Below are positions 45,587 to 53,963 of a stretch of DNA of 64,000 bases, piece after piece. Within the stretch, counting starts at the first letter, position 1. The number at the start of each line of letters is the position of its first letter. The stretch covers positions 237,022 through 301,021 of the forward strand of contig CAVQZZ010000001.1 in NCBI GenBank assembly GCA_963718825.1, read 5' to 3'. This DNA is from an uncultured Acidobacteriota bacterium (GTDB lineage Bacteria; Acidobacteriota; Vicinamibacteria; Vicinamibacterales; CAVVIG01). The notes below the pieces were generated by a model that worked only from the letters and a program-made list of their open reading frames with translations, was not told where the DNA came from and made no database searches. Made by a program: the position numbers and the translations under genes.

Positions 45587-45703
45587 TCAGTCGCGCCGCC
45601 GTGTGTACACCTGCCAGCAGTAATAAAACTGGTACAGGACGATCAGGGCCGGGATGACGAGGAGCACGACGAAGCTGGAGAGTGGAAGCCCGAGGATGCG
45701 CAT
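45587..45703 (-). CDS. Small single-TM protein (38 aa) preceding the SSS transporter; not in the ORF track
   Basis: MRILGLPLSSFVVLLVIPALIVLYQFYYCWQVYTRRRD*; stop is 7 nt before the SSS GTG; codons mostly end in G/C. Confidence 0.7.
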   Translation of the reverse strand: MRILGLPLSSFVVLLVIPALIVLYQFYYCWQVYTRRRD

Positions 45704-45735
45704 GTGTGCGGACTAGGTCCGGCGATCTGGCGGCC

Positions 45736-45768
45736 ACTATAGGCCAACTTACTTTAGGTGTAAAGGAC
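45736..45768 (-). promoter_or_regulatory. Sigma-70-type promoter of the small protein/SSS unit, overlapped by operator site C
   Basis: Minus strand TTTACA (45764-45759), 17 bp, TATAGT (45741-45736). Palindrome TTAC-TTTA-GGTG-TAAA-GGAC (45749-45768) covers the -35. Confidence 0.7.
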
Positions 45769-45771
45769 ACG

Positions 45772-45831
45772 TTGACTGCCCCCTGCAACTGTGACAGACT
45801 CCGCGCCGCAAATAGTTGAAGCCTAAACAAT
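45772..45831 (+). promoter_or_regulatory. Promoter of the TonB receptor 2 operon with operator site D
   Basis: TTGACT (45772-45777), 17 bp, extended TGa-CAGACT (45795-45800); ATAG-TTGA-AGCC-TAAA-CAAT (45812-45831) just after the predicted start. Confidence 0.65.
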
Positions 45832-45886
45832 ATAGCGCACGGTTCGCACCACCGGTCATCGGTTAACAGGCTCGTCGGGAGAAGTC

Positions 45887-48745
45887 ATGGTACAGCAGCG
45901 CTGCGCGTTCACACGGCATCTCGGCTCAGTCCTTCGCGCGATCGTCATGGTCCTCGGACTCGGCGCGATCGCAGCACCGGTCGCCGCACAGGTCAGCACG
46001 TTCGATCTCAGCGGCGTGATCAAAGACGCGCAGGGCGGCGTGCTGCCCGGCGTCACGGTCACGATGCGCAACGAGAGCACCGGCCTCACGCGCACCGTGG
46101 TGACCGATACGAACGGCGTGTACTACTTTGCCAACCTCCCGCCACAGGGGACCTGGGAGCTCTCGACCGAGCTCGCGGGGTTCGCGGCCCAGAAAAAGAG
46201 CAAGCTCGAGTTCTATGCGGACAGCAAGCCAATCTTGAATATCACGCTCGCGGTGGCGGCCGTGCAGGAATCCGTCACCGTCGTCACGGAGGCGCCGCTC
46301 GTCGACACGGCGCAGGCCACGCTGGGAATGTCGATCAACAAGGAGTTGATTGCCGAACTCCCGTTGAACGGACGTGATTACCTCGACCTGGCGCTCCTCG
46401 GCTCGGGCGTGAGCGACGTGGGCGCGGACAACGTGGCCGGCAGCAAGAGCCAGACAATCAACGGCGCCTATTCACGGTACACGCAGTACACGATGGACGG
46501 TTTCAGCAACACGCGCGATCAGCACGGTGTGGCGAAAGCCAACGTGCCGATGGAAGCGATGAGCGAATTCAAGGTCCAGACGAACCAGTTTTCCGCCGAG
46601 TACGGCGACACGGTTGGCGGGATCGTGACGGTAGTGACCAAGAGCGGCACGAATACGCTTACCGGGCAGGGCGCGCTGTACGTCCGCCCCGGTAGTTGGG
46701 ATTCGCCGGATCCGCTCACCAACACCAAAGCGCCCTTCAGCCGACAGGATTATTCCGGCGCCGTCGGCGGCCCGATTCTCAAGGACCGCACGCACTACTT
46801 TGTCGCGGCGGATTACCGCAATCAGGAGCAGCAGGGCGTCGTGACGGCGTCGATCGCAAGCGGAAAATTTCAGGGTGCGTTCCCGCTGCCTGAGCGGCGC
46901 GGGCGCGCGTTCGGCAAAGTCGACCATTCGGTGGGTGCGGCGAATCTGTTCACGTTCTCGTTTCTCATCGATCGCGATACGACCCACGCCGGCGTCGGCG
47001 GACTGAACCTCGTCGACAACGAATCGACGAGCATCGACGACAACACCAACTTCACGGGCACGTGGACGCGCGTGATCTCGGAAAGTCGCCTCAATGAATT
47101 CCGCATCGGGTACGCGAACGAATCCGTCCAGACGAGTACCGAGAAGCCGCAGTTCACGCCGACCGGCGTCGCGCTCATCTATCCAGGACAGGCAAACCTC
47201 GGATCGACCAACCGGCTGCAGACATCGCCGGACAAGAGTTTTCAAATCGCCGATACCTTCTCGTGGCACCTTTCGACGCACACGCTGAAGATCGGCAGCA
47301 TGGCGCGCAGCGCGACGCCCGGCGGCGTGCTGCTCACCACGATCGATGGCGCGTATACGTTCGCTGCCGCAGCGCCGTATCCCTACGATCCGAACAACAA
47401 GGCGAGCTTTCCCATTCAGTACGCGCAGGGCTTCTTCGGAAGCGGCTCCACAGAGGTGTCGCTGAACAAGTGGCACGTCGCCGCGTATCTCCAGGACGAC
47501 TGGAAGCTGAAGAGCAACTTCACGTTGAACCTCGGCGTGCGCTACCAGTACGAATCGCTCGTGGCGCAATACGCGAACGTCCGGCCGCGCGTGGGATTCG
47601 CATGGGATGTCACCAACGACGGCAAGACGGTGGTGCGCGGCGGTGCCGGCATCTTCACGGGCACCGTGTTCAGCACCGTCAACGCGTTCGAGGGATTCAA
47701 CGGCCCGAATGGGTTCGCCAACGTCACCTTCGCCCCGGGCGACCCGCTCTTTCCGACCTATCCGAACAATCTGCCTGGACCGCAGCTGCCCGCGGGCGTG
47801 AAACCGCCACCGGCGAACGATTACCTGGACGTACCGACCTACGCGCCGTCGCGGCGCAAGTCGCCCGAGTCCCAGAACTTCACGATCGGGATCGACAAGC
47901 AGATCGGCCAGTCGATGTCGGTCGGCCTCGACTTCACGTTCAATCGCGGCATCAACCTGCTCGAGCCGACGAACGTGAACTCGCCGTCGTACTTCAACTA
48001 CTCGACCGGCCTGACGCGGAGCGCCCAGGCGGGCGACGCGACGCGGCCGTTCGGCGCGATCGGCACGCCGATTCCCGCCGGGGTGGTGTCGTATCTGCCG
48101 AACGGCATGCCGTACGGGAACTACCGCGATCTTTACCTCATTGATTCGGTCGGTTTGTCGCACTACGTCGGAGTGGGACTGACCGTCAACAAGAGGCTGT
48201 CGAACAACCTCAGCTTCCAGGGGCAGTACACATGGAGCCGCGCGATGAACAACGGCGACGGCTTCCGACCAAATTTCCTGCCTCTGAATCCGAACGATCG
48301 CGAGGCCGAGTGGGGCTTGTCCGAGACGAACGTGCCGCACTCCTTCTCGTTGAACGGCGTGTATCGGCTGCCGTACGACGTGCAGGTCTCGGGCATCGCG
48401 CGTGCACATTCCGGTTCTCCGATCAATCCGGTGGCCGGTTCGGATCTCAACGGCGATCGCCTGCTGACCGACCGGCCGTTTGCGAACGGTGTGATCCTCG
48501 GACGCAATTCGTTCCAGGCCCCCGGGTTCTTCGAGGTCGATTTCGGCGTCGGCAAGGTGGTGCGGATCGGCAAGCAGCGGATCGAGGGGCGGATTGAAGC
48601 GTTCAACATCACCGACCGGCTGAATGCCGCGTCGGTCAACTCCACCTACGGTCCGAACGCGAACGCGCCGCTGCCGACATTTCTCGCGATCAACTCGTCG
48701 AATCCCGGGCGTCAGTATCAGCTGTCGGTCGTGTTCAAGTTCTGA
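45887..48745 (+). CDS. TonB-dependent receptor, Oar-like, paralog of 27556-30435
   Basis: Signal peptide; LPLNGRDYLDL, FSAEYG, VVTKSGTN, YLQDDW, RPRVGFAW; C-terminal FKF. Confidence 0.93.
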   Translation: MVQQRCAFTRHLGSVLRAIVMVLGLGAIAAPVAAQVSTFDLSGVIKDAQGGVLPGVTVTMRNESTGLTRTVVTDTNGVYYFANLPPQGTWELSTELAGFAAQKKSKLEFYADSKPILNITLAVAAVQESVTVVTEAPLVDTAQATLGMSINKELIAELPLNGRDYLDLALLGSGVSDVGADNVAGSKSQTINGAYSRYTQYTMDGFSNTRDQHGVAKANVPMEAMSEFKVQTNQFSAEYGDTVGGIVTVVTKSGTNTLTGQGALYVRPGSWDSPDPLTNTKAPFSRQDYSGAVGGPILKDRTHYFVAADYRNQEQQGVVTASIASGKFQGAFPLPERRGRAFGKVDHSVGAANLFTFSFLIDRDTTHAGVGGLNLVDNESTSIDDNTNFTGTWTRVISESRLNEFRIGYANESVQTSTEKPQFTPTGVALIYPGQANLGSTNRLQTSPDKSFQIADTFSWHLSTHTLKIGSMARSATPGGVLLTTIDGAYTFAAAAPYPYDPNNKASFPIQYAQGFFGSGSTEVSLNKWHVAAYLQDDWKLKSNFTLNLGVRYQYESLVAQYANVRPRVGFAWDVTNDGKTVVRGGAGIFTGTVFSTVNAFEGFNGPNGFANVTFAPGDPLFPTYPNNLPGPQLPAGVKPPPANDYLDVPTYAPSRRKSPESQNFTIGIDKQIGQSMSVGLDFTFNRGINLLEPTNVNSPSYFNYSTGLTRSAQAGDATRPFGAIGTPIPAGVVSYLPNGMPYGNYRDLYLIDSVGLSHYVGVGLTVNKRLSNNLSFQGQYTWSRAMNNGDGFRPNFLPLNPNDREAEWGLSETNVPHSFSLNGVYRLPYDVQVSGIARAHSGSPINPVAGSDLNGDRLLTDRPFANGVILGRNSFQAPGFFEVDFGVGKVVRIGKQRIEGRIEAFNITDRLNAASVNSTYGPNANAPLPTFLAINSSNPGRQYQLSVVFKF

Positions 48746-48752
48746 GGATCTG

Positions 48753-50108
48753 GTGCGTGTCAGTCGGCGTCGCTTCGTAACCGGCACGGCGACCGCAGCC
48801 GCGGCGCTGGCGACGCGCCGCCTGCTGGCCGCGCCTCCGCGCCTGACGGTCGCCGCGGCGGGCGACTGCATCATCACTCGCCGCGTCCGTCAGATCGATG
48901 ATCCCGACTTCCTCGCGCTCGCGCGCATCTTCCAGCAGTCCGACGCCGGTTTCGCGAACTGCGAGATGACGTTCCACAACTACGCCGGCTTTCCGTCGCC
49001 GACCGGCGCCTGCGGCGATCTGAACCTGATTGCTGATCCCCGAATCGCCGGCGATCTCGCATGGGCCGGCATCAACCTGATGACCGTCGCCAACAACCAT
49101 GGTGGAGACTACGGCACGGGCGGTCTGCTCGCGACGATTAATCAGTTGCACGAGGTCGGCATTACATCCGCCGGCGGGGGCACGAACCTCGCGCAGGCGC
49201 GCGCGCCTGGATTTCGCTCGACGGCCCACGGGCGGGTCGCGCTCGTGGGCTGCGCGTCGACGATGCGCGCGGGCACCGAAGCGAGCCCTTCTCACGCGGA
49301 AATCCCCGGGCGCCCCGGCGTCAATCCGCTGCGGGTAAAAACGGTGTACGGCGTGCCGAGAGAACGCTTGGCGGCGCTGCGTGACACGCAGGCCGAATTG
49401 AGCGGCGGAAGCGGACGCGGCGGTGGAGCGCCGGCCGGCGACTTGCAATTTTTCGGCACGACGTTCCGTGAGGCGTCGAAACCGGTGGTCACCGTCGAGG
49501 CCGAGCCGTCGGACATCGCGGCGATCACGTCCGAGGTCTCGCGCGCGCGCGCCGAAGCCGACATCGTCATCGTGACCATTCACTCGCACGAAAACGGACG
49601 CACGCGCGCCGAGCCGGCCGCGTTTCTCCCGACGTTTGCCCGCGCATGCGTCGACGCGGGCGCGCACGCCTTTTTCGGCCACGGACCGCATGTCCTGCGC
49701 GGGATCGAGATGTACAAGGGGCGGCCGATCTTCTACAGTCTGGGCAATTTTTATTTTCAGGCGGAAACGATCCAGCAGATCCCCGAAGAGATCTACCGCA
49801 ATTGCCAGATCAACAGCACGGCCCCGTCCGACTTCTTCAAGAAAGTCATGGGCCGGATGTTCGAAGACGATGTGTTCTGGGAAGCGATCGCTCCGCAACT
49901 CGTGTTCGACGACGGTCGCCTCGTCGAGGCAACGCTGTATCCGGTAGACCTCAGGCGCAGCGATCCGCCCACGAGGCGGGGAACGCCGATGCTGGCCCGC
50001 GGCGCGGTGGCCGATCGCATCCTGAAGAGGCAAGCGGAGTTGTCACAGCCGTTCAACACGACGGTGACAGTCGACAACGGCGTCGGCACGATCCGTGTCA
50101 ACGGATGA
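48753..50108 (+). CDS. CapA (PGA_cap) family metallophosphoesterase-fold protein with Tat signal
   Basis: GTG after SD GAGG; SRRRFV; AGDC, NCE, ANNH..DYG, IHSHE, GHGPH, YSLGNF. Confidence 0.88.
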   Translation: MRVSRRRFVTGTATAAAALATRRLLAAPPRLTVAAAGDCIITRRVRQIDDPDFLALARIFQQSDAGFANCEMTFHNYAGFPSPTGACGDLNLIADPRIAGDLAWAGINLMTVANNHGGDYGTGGLLATINQLHEVGITSAGGGTNLAQARAPGFRSTAHGRVALVGCASTMRAGTEASPSHAEIPGRPGVNPLRVKTVYGVPRERLAALRDTQAELSGGSGRGGGAPAGDLQFFGTTFREASKPVVTVEAEPSDIAAITSEVSRARAEADIVIVTIHSHENGRTRAEPAAFLPTFARACVDAGAHAFFGHGPHVLRGIEMYKGRPIFYSLGNFYFQAETIQQIPEEIYRNCQINSTAPSDFFKKVMGRMFEDDVFWEAIAPQLVFDDGRLVEATLYPVDLRRSDPPTRRGTPMLARGAVADRILKRQAELSQPFNTTVTVDNGVGTIRVNG

Positions 50109-50115
50109 ACGGATC

Positions 50116-52536
50116 ATGAAGAACGCCGCTTCCACGATCATCGTTGCACTGACCCTGAGCGCTGGGCTGGGAACGCTCGCGAAAGGGTCGTCGCCTGCCG
50201 CGACGACCAGCACCGATGCACAGAATCGGTTTGTCGCAACAACGTGCGCGACGTGCCATGACGACGAGGCCAAGCCCGGAGGCGTGTCGCTCGAGCATTT
50301 CGACGCCGCGAAGGTCGCGGACAACGTTGAAGTCGCCGAGCGAATGATCAGGAAGCTACGCGCGGGCATGATGCCGCCCGCCTCGGTCACCCCGCGTCCG
50401 GACGCCGACGCGCTCGCGTCGTTTGCGACGGCGCTCGAAACACGCGTCGACCAGGCGGCCCTTGCGCATCCGAACCCTGGACGTCGCCCCTTTCAGCGCC
50501 TCAATCGTGCGGAGTACATGCGCGCGGTCCACGATCTGCTCGGTCTGGACGTCGACGTCACGGCGTTCCTGTCGCCTGATACGGTCAGCAACAGCTTCGA
50601 CAACATCGCGGACGTGCAGAGCTTCTCGCCGACGGTCACGGAAGGCTATTTACGTGCGGCAAGCCGGATTGCGACCATTGCAATCGGCGACCGGACAGCG
50701 CACGCGTCCGAGGTCACCTACAAGATTCCGAGGACGACCGCGCAGTTGAAGCATGTCGACGGCGCGCCGTGGGGAACGCGCGGTGGACTGTCCGTCGTGC
50801 ATACCTTCCCCGCCGATGGCGATTACAGCTTCCGCATCATGCTGCACTCGGTGCCGAGCGGACGTTTGTACGCGAGCACTGCGCGAGGCGAGCAGATCGA
50901 AGTGTCGGTAAACGGCGAGCGCGTGGCGCTGCTGGACATCGATTACCACATGAGCGAAGCCGATCCGAACGGCATGAATCTGGTCACGCCACGTGTGCAC
51001 GTGAATGCCGGGCCGCAGCGGGTGACGGCCGCGTTCCTGCAACGGTTCGACGGCCCCGTCGACGACCTGGTATCGCCGATCGAATACACGCTGGCGGACA
51101 CGCAAATCGGAGAGTTCGGATACGGCGTGACGACCCTGCCGCACATCCGCGACTTTTCGATCACCGGCCCGTATGTCGTGACCGGTGTTTCCGAGACGCC
51201 GAGCCGTCGCCGGATCTTTTCGTGCCGGCCCACCTCTGCGGATGACGAGCGCGCGTGCGCGTCCTCGATTTTCAAGCGCCTCGCGACGCAAGCCTATCGC
51301 CAACCCGCGACGAGCGGCGACGTCGAGCCGCTTTTGAAGTTCTACGATCAGGGACGTAAGGACGCCGGCTTCGAAGCGGGGATCCGGCTCGGGTTGCAGG
51401 CCATTTTGATCAGCCCGCGATTCTTGTTCAGGATCGAAGAAGCGCCTGCGCAGCCGGGGCCCGGCGGCACGTACCGCATCGCGGACGTCGAGCTCGCGTC
51501 GAGGCTGTCGTTCATGCTGTGGGACACGGGTCCGGACGCGGAATTGCTGAACGCGGCCGCTGCCGGCCGTCTCGGCACGACCGCCGGACTCGACACTGAG
51601 GTTCGGCGCATGTTGGCCGACGCGCGGTCCGAGGCGTTGTCGACGCGCTTCGCAGCGCAGTGGCTCCGCCTGCAGGACGTGGACAAGATTCGTCCCGACG
51701 CGCTGCTCTTCACCGCGTACGACGAGAAGCTGGCGCAGTCGTTCAAGCGCGAAACGGAGCTGCTGTTCAACAGCATCGTGCGAGAGGACCGCAACGTCCT
51801 CGATTTGTTGACCGCGGACTACACGTTCGTCAACGAGCGGCTTGCCCGGCACTACGGCATCCCAGGCGTTGTGGGCGACACCTTCCGTCGCGTTCCGCTC
51901 GGTCCCGACCGTGACTATCGCCGCGGGATTCTCGGGCAGGGCAGCATGCTGCTGATGACGTCGGTCGCGGATCGCACCTCTCCGGTTCAGCGCGGCAAAT
52001 ATGTTCTCGAGGTGTTCCTGGGATCGCCGCCCCCACCTCCTCCACCTAATGTGCCGACGCTCGACGATGGGAAGGCCGGTGCGGGCGCGAAGGTGCTCTC
52101 GACGCGCCAGCGGATGGAGGAGCATCGAAGCAACGCAGCCTGCGCGTCGTGCCACCGCGTGATCGACCCGCTCGGCCTCGCGCTCGAAAATTTCGACGTG
52201 ACCGGGCAGTGGCGGATAAAGGACAACGGCGTCCCGGTCGATTCGAACGGCGATCTCTACGACGGGACGAAGATCGCGGGTCCGGACGGTTTGCGCCACG
52301 CGCTCCTCGCACACTCCGAGACCGTGCTCCGCACGTTCACCGAGAACCTGATGGCCTACTCGCTTGGTCGCCGCGTCGAGTACTTCGATCAGCCGACGAT
52401 TCGTGCCACCGTACGGAAAGCCGAAGCGAACGGCAATCGGTTCTCGTCCTTCGTGCTCGGCGTTGTGAACAGCGCGGCGTTCCAGAGGAGCCGGGCCGAA
52501 GCACGGACGACCGATCCCGACGGCTCAGGGAGATAG
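50116..52536 (+). CDS. Diheme cytochrome c DUF1592-type multidomain protein, copy 2
   Basis: Signal peptide; CATCH...KLRAGMMPP; RLNRAEY; FAAQWL; TSPVQRGK; CASCH. Confidence 0.9.
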   Translation: MKNAASTIIVALTLSAGLGTLAKGSSPAATTSTDAQNRFVATTCATCHDDEAKPGGVSLEHFDAAKVADNVEVAERMIRKLRAGMMPPASVTPRPDADALASFATALETRVDQAALAHPNPGRRPFQRLNRAEYMRAVHDLLGLDVDVTAFLSPDTVSNSFDNIADVQSFSPTVTEGYLRAASRIATIAIGDRTAHASEVTYKIPRTTAQLKHVDGAPWGTRGGLSVVHTFPADGDYSFRIMLHSVPSGRLYASTARGEQIEVSVNGERVALLDIDYHMSEADPNGMNLVTPRVHVNAGPQRVTAAFLQRFDGPVDDLVSPIEYTLADTQIGEFGYGVTTLPHIRDFSITGPYVVTGVSETPSRRRIFSCRPTSADDERACASSIFKRLATQAYRQPATSGDVEPLLKFYDQGRKDAGFEAGIRLGLQAILISPRFLFRIEEAPAQPGPGGTYRIADVELASRLSFMLWDTGPDAELLNAAAAGRLGTTAGLDTEVRRMLADARSEALSTRFAAQWLRLQDVDKIRPDALLFTAYDEKLAQSFKRETELLFNSIVREDRNVLDLLTADYTFVNERLARHYGIPGVVGDTFRRVPLGPDRDYRRGILGQGSMLLMTSVADRTSPVQRGKYVLEVFLGSPPPPPPPNVPTLDDGKAGAGAKVLSTRQRMEEHRSNAACASCHRVIDPLGLALENFDVTGQWRIKDNGVPVDSNGDLYDGTKIAGPDGLRHALLAHSETVLRTFTENLMAYSLGRRVEYFDQPTIRATVRKAEANGNRFSSFVLGVVNSAAFQRSRAEARTTDPDGSGR

Positions 52537-52541
52537 CGAAC

Positions 52542-53954
52542 ATGCCTTTTCTGACGAAGAAACACGTGTCGCGTCGCGCGGTGCTGAAGGGAATGGGCGC
52601 AACGGTCGCGTTGCCGCTGCTCGACGCGATGCTGCCGGCGTCCACCGCCTATGCGCGGACCGAAGCCGCAGCGTCGAATGCACCGAGGCTGATCGCGATT
52701 GAGATGGTCCACGGCGCCGCGGGCAGCACGGCGATCGGTGCGCAGAAGAACTTGTGGTCGCCGGCGAAGGTGGGTCGCGAATTCGATCTCACCCCGACGA
52801 GCTTGAGCCCGCTCGAACCATTCCGTGAGTACCTGACGATTGTCAGCAACACGGACGTGCGAGCCGCCGAAGCGTTCGCGGCGCCGGAAATTGGAGGCGA
52901 TCATTTTCGATCGTCGGCCGTGTTCCTCACCCAGTCGCACCCGAAGCAGACGCAAGGATCGGACGTGCAAGCCGGCACATCACTTGATCAGCTTTACGCA
53001 CAGCGGTTCGGGCAGGGGACCGCGGTGCCCTCGATGCAGCTGTGCATCGAGAATGTCGACCAGGCCGGCGGCTGCGCTTACGGGTATTCGTGCGTCTACA
53101 CGGACACGATCAGCTGGGCGGGTCCGAAAGTACCGATGCCGATGGTGCGCGATCCGCGCGCCGTGTTCGATCAACTGTTCGGCGTCGGCGCGACGCCCGA
53201 GGAGCGGGTGGCCAACCGTCAGGCCGATCGCAGTCTCCTCGACTGGGTGACCGGCGAAGTCACCCACTTGAAGAAGCAGGTCGGCGCCGGCGATCGCGCG
53301 CGGCTCACCGATTACCTTGACGGCATCCGCGAGATCGAGCGTCGCATTCAGTTCGTCGAGGCGCGCAACACGAGCGGCGAACCGCGTCAGCTGGCCGAAG
53401 CGCCGGTCGGCGTACCCGATGCGTTCGACGAACACGTGAAGCTCATGTTCGATCTGCAGGTGCTCGCGTTCGCCGCCGACATCACCAGGGTCTTTTCGTT
53501 CAAGCTGTCGCGCGACAGCTCGAGCCGCGCGTTTCCCGAAAGCGGCGTGAACGCCGCATTTCACCCCGCGTCGCACCACAACGAACGTGAAGACCGGATC
53601 ATGGACTTCGCGAAGATCAACCGGTATCACATCAGCATGGTCCCCTACCTGCTCGAGAGGCTCAAGAACACTCCGGACGGCGCCACCCACCTGCTCGACA
53701 ACACGGTGGTGATTTACGGATCGCCGATGGCCGATTCGAACATCCACAACCATCGCCGCTGTCCGCTGTTTCTCGCGGGTCGCGGCGGCGGGATACTCAA
53801 GGGCGACCTGCACCTCAAAGCGCCGGACGGGACGCCGATGGCCAACGCAATGTTGACGTTGATTCACGGGCTGGGGCTGACCGATGTCGATCGCTTCGGC
53901 GACAGCACCGGCACGTTCGATCTCACGGCGGTTGCTCCAGAGCGAACGGTGTAG
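52542..53954 (+). CDS. DUF1552 (HXXSHH) protein with Tat signal, copy 2
   Basis: VSRRAVLKG...LPLLDAM, GGDH, CAYGYSC, HPASHH, HNH. Confidence 0.9.
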   Translation: MPFLTKKHVSRRAVLKGMGATVALPLLDAMLPASTAYARTEAAASNAPRLIAIEMVHGAAGSTAIGAQKNLWSPAKVGREFDLTPTSLSPLEPFREYLTIVSNTDVRAAEAFAAPEIGGDHFRSSAVFLTQSHPKQTQGSDVQAGTSLDQLYAQRFGQGTAVPSMQLCIENVDQAGGCAYGYSCVYTDTISWAGPKVPMPMVRDPRAVFDQLFGVGATPEERVANRQADRSLLDWVTGEVTHLKKQVGAGDRARLTDYLDGIREIERRIQFVEARNTSGEPRQLAEAPVGVPDAFDEHVKLMFDLQVLAFAADITRVFSFKLSRDSSSRAFPESGVNAAFHPASHHNEREDRIMDFAKINRYHISMVPYLLERLKNTPDGATHLLDNTVVIYGSPMADSNIHNHRRCPLFLAGRGGGILKGDLHLKAPDGTPMANAMLTLIHGLGLTDVDRFGDSTGTFDLTAVAPERTV

Positions 53955-53963
53955 CAGGCCGAT

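Noticed and set aside
46472-48877. Long antisense and alternative-frame ORFs (e.g. 801 aa here, 599 aa at 731-2530, 644 aa at 19253-21187)
   Set aside because: They are Arg/Ala-rich shadow ORFs of real high-GC genes with no recognisable motifs.
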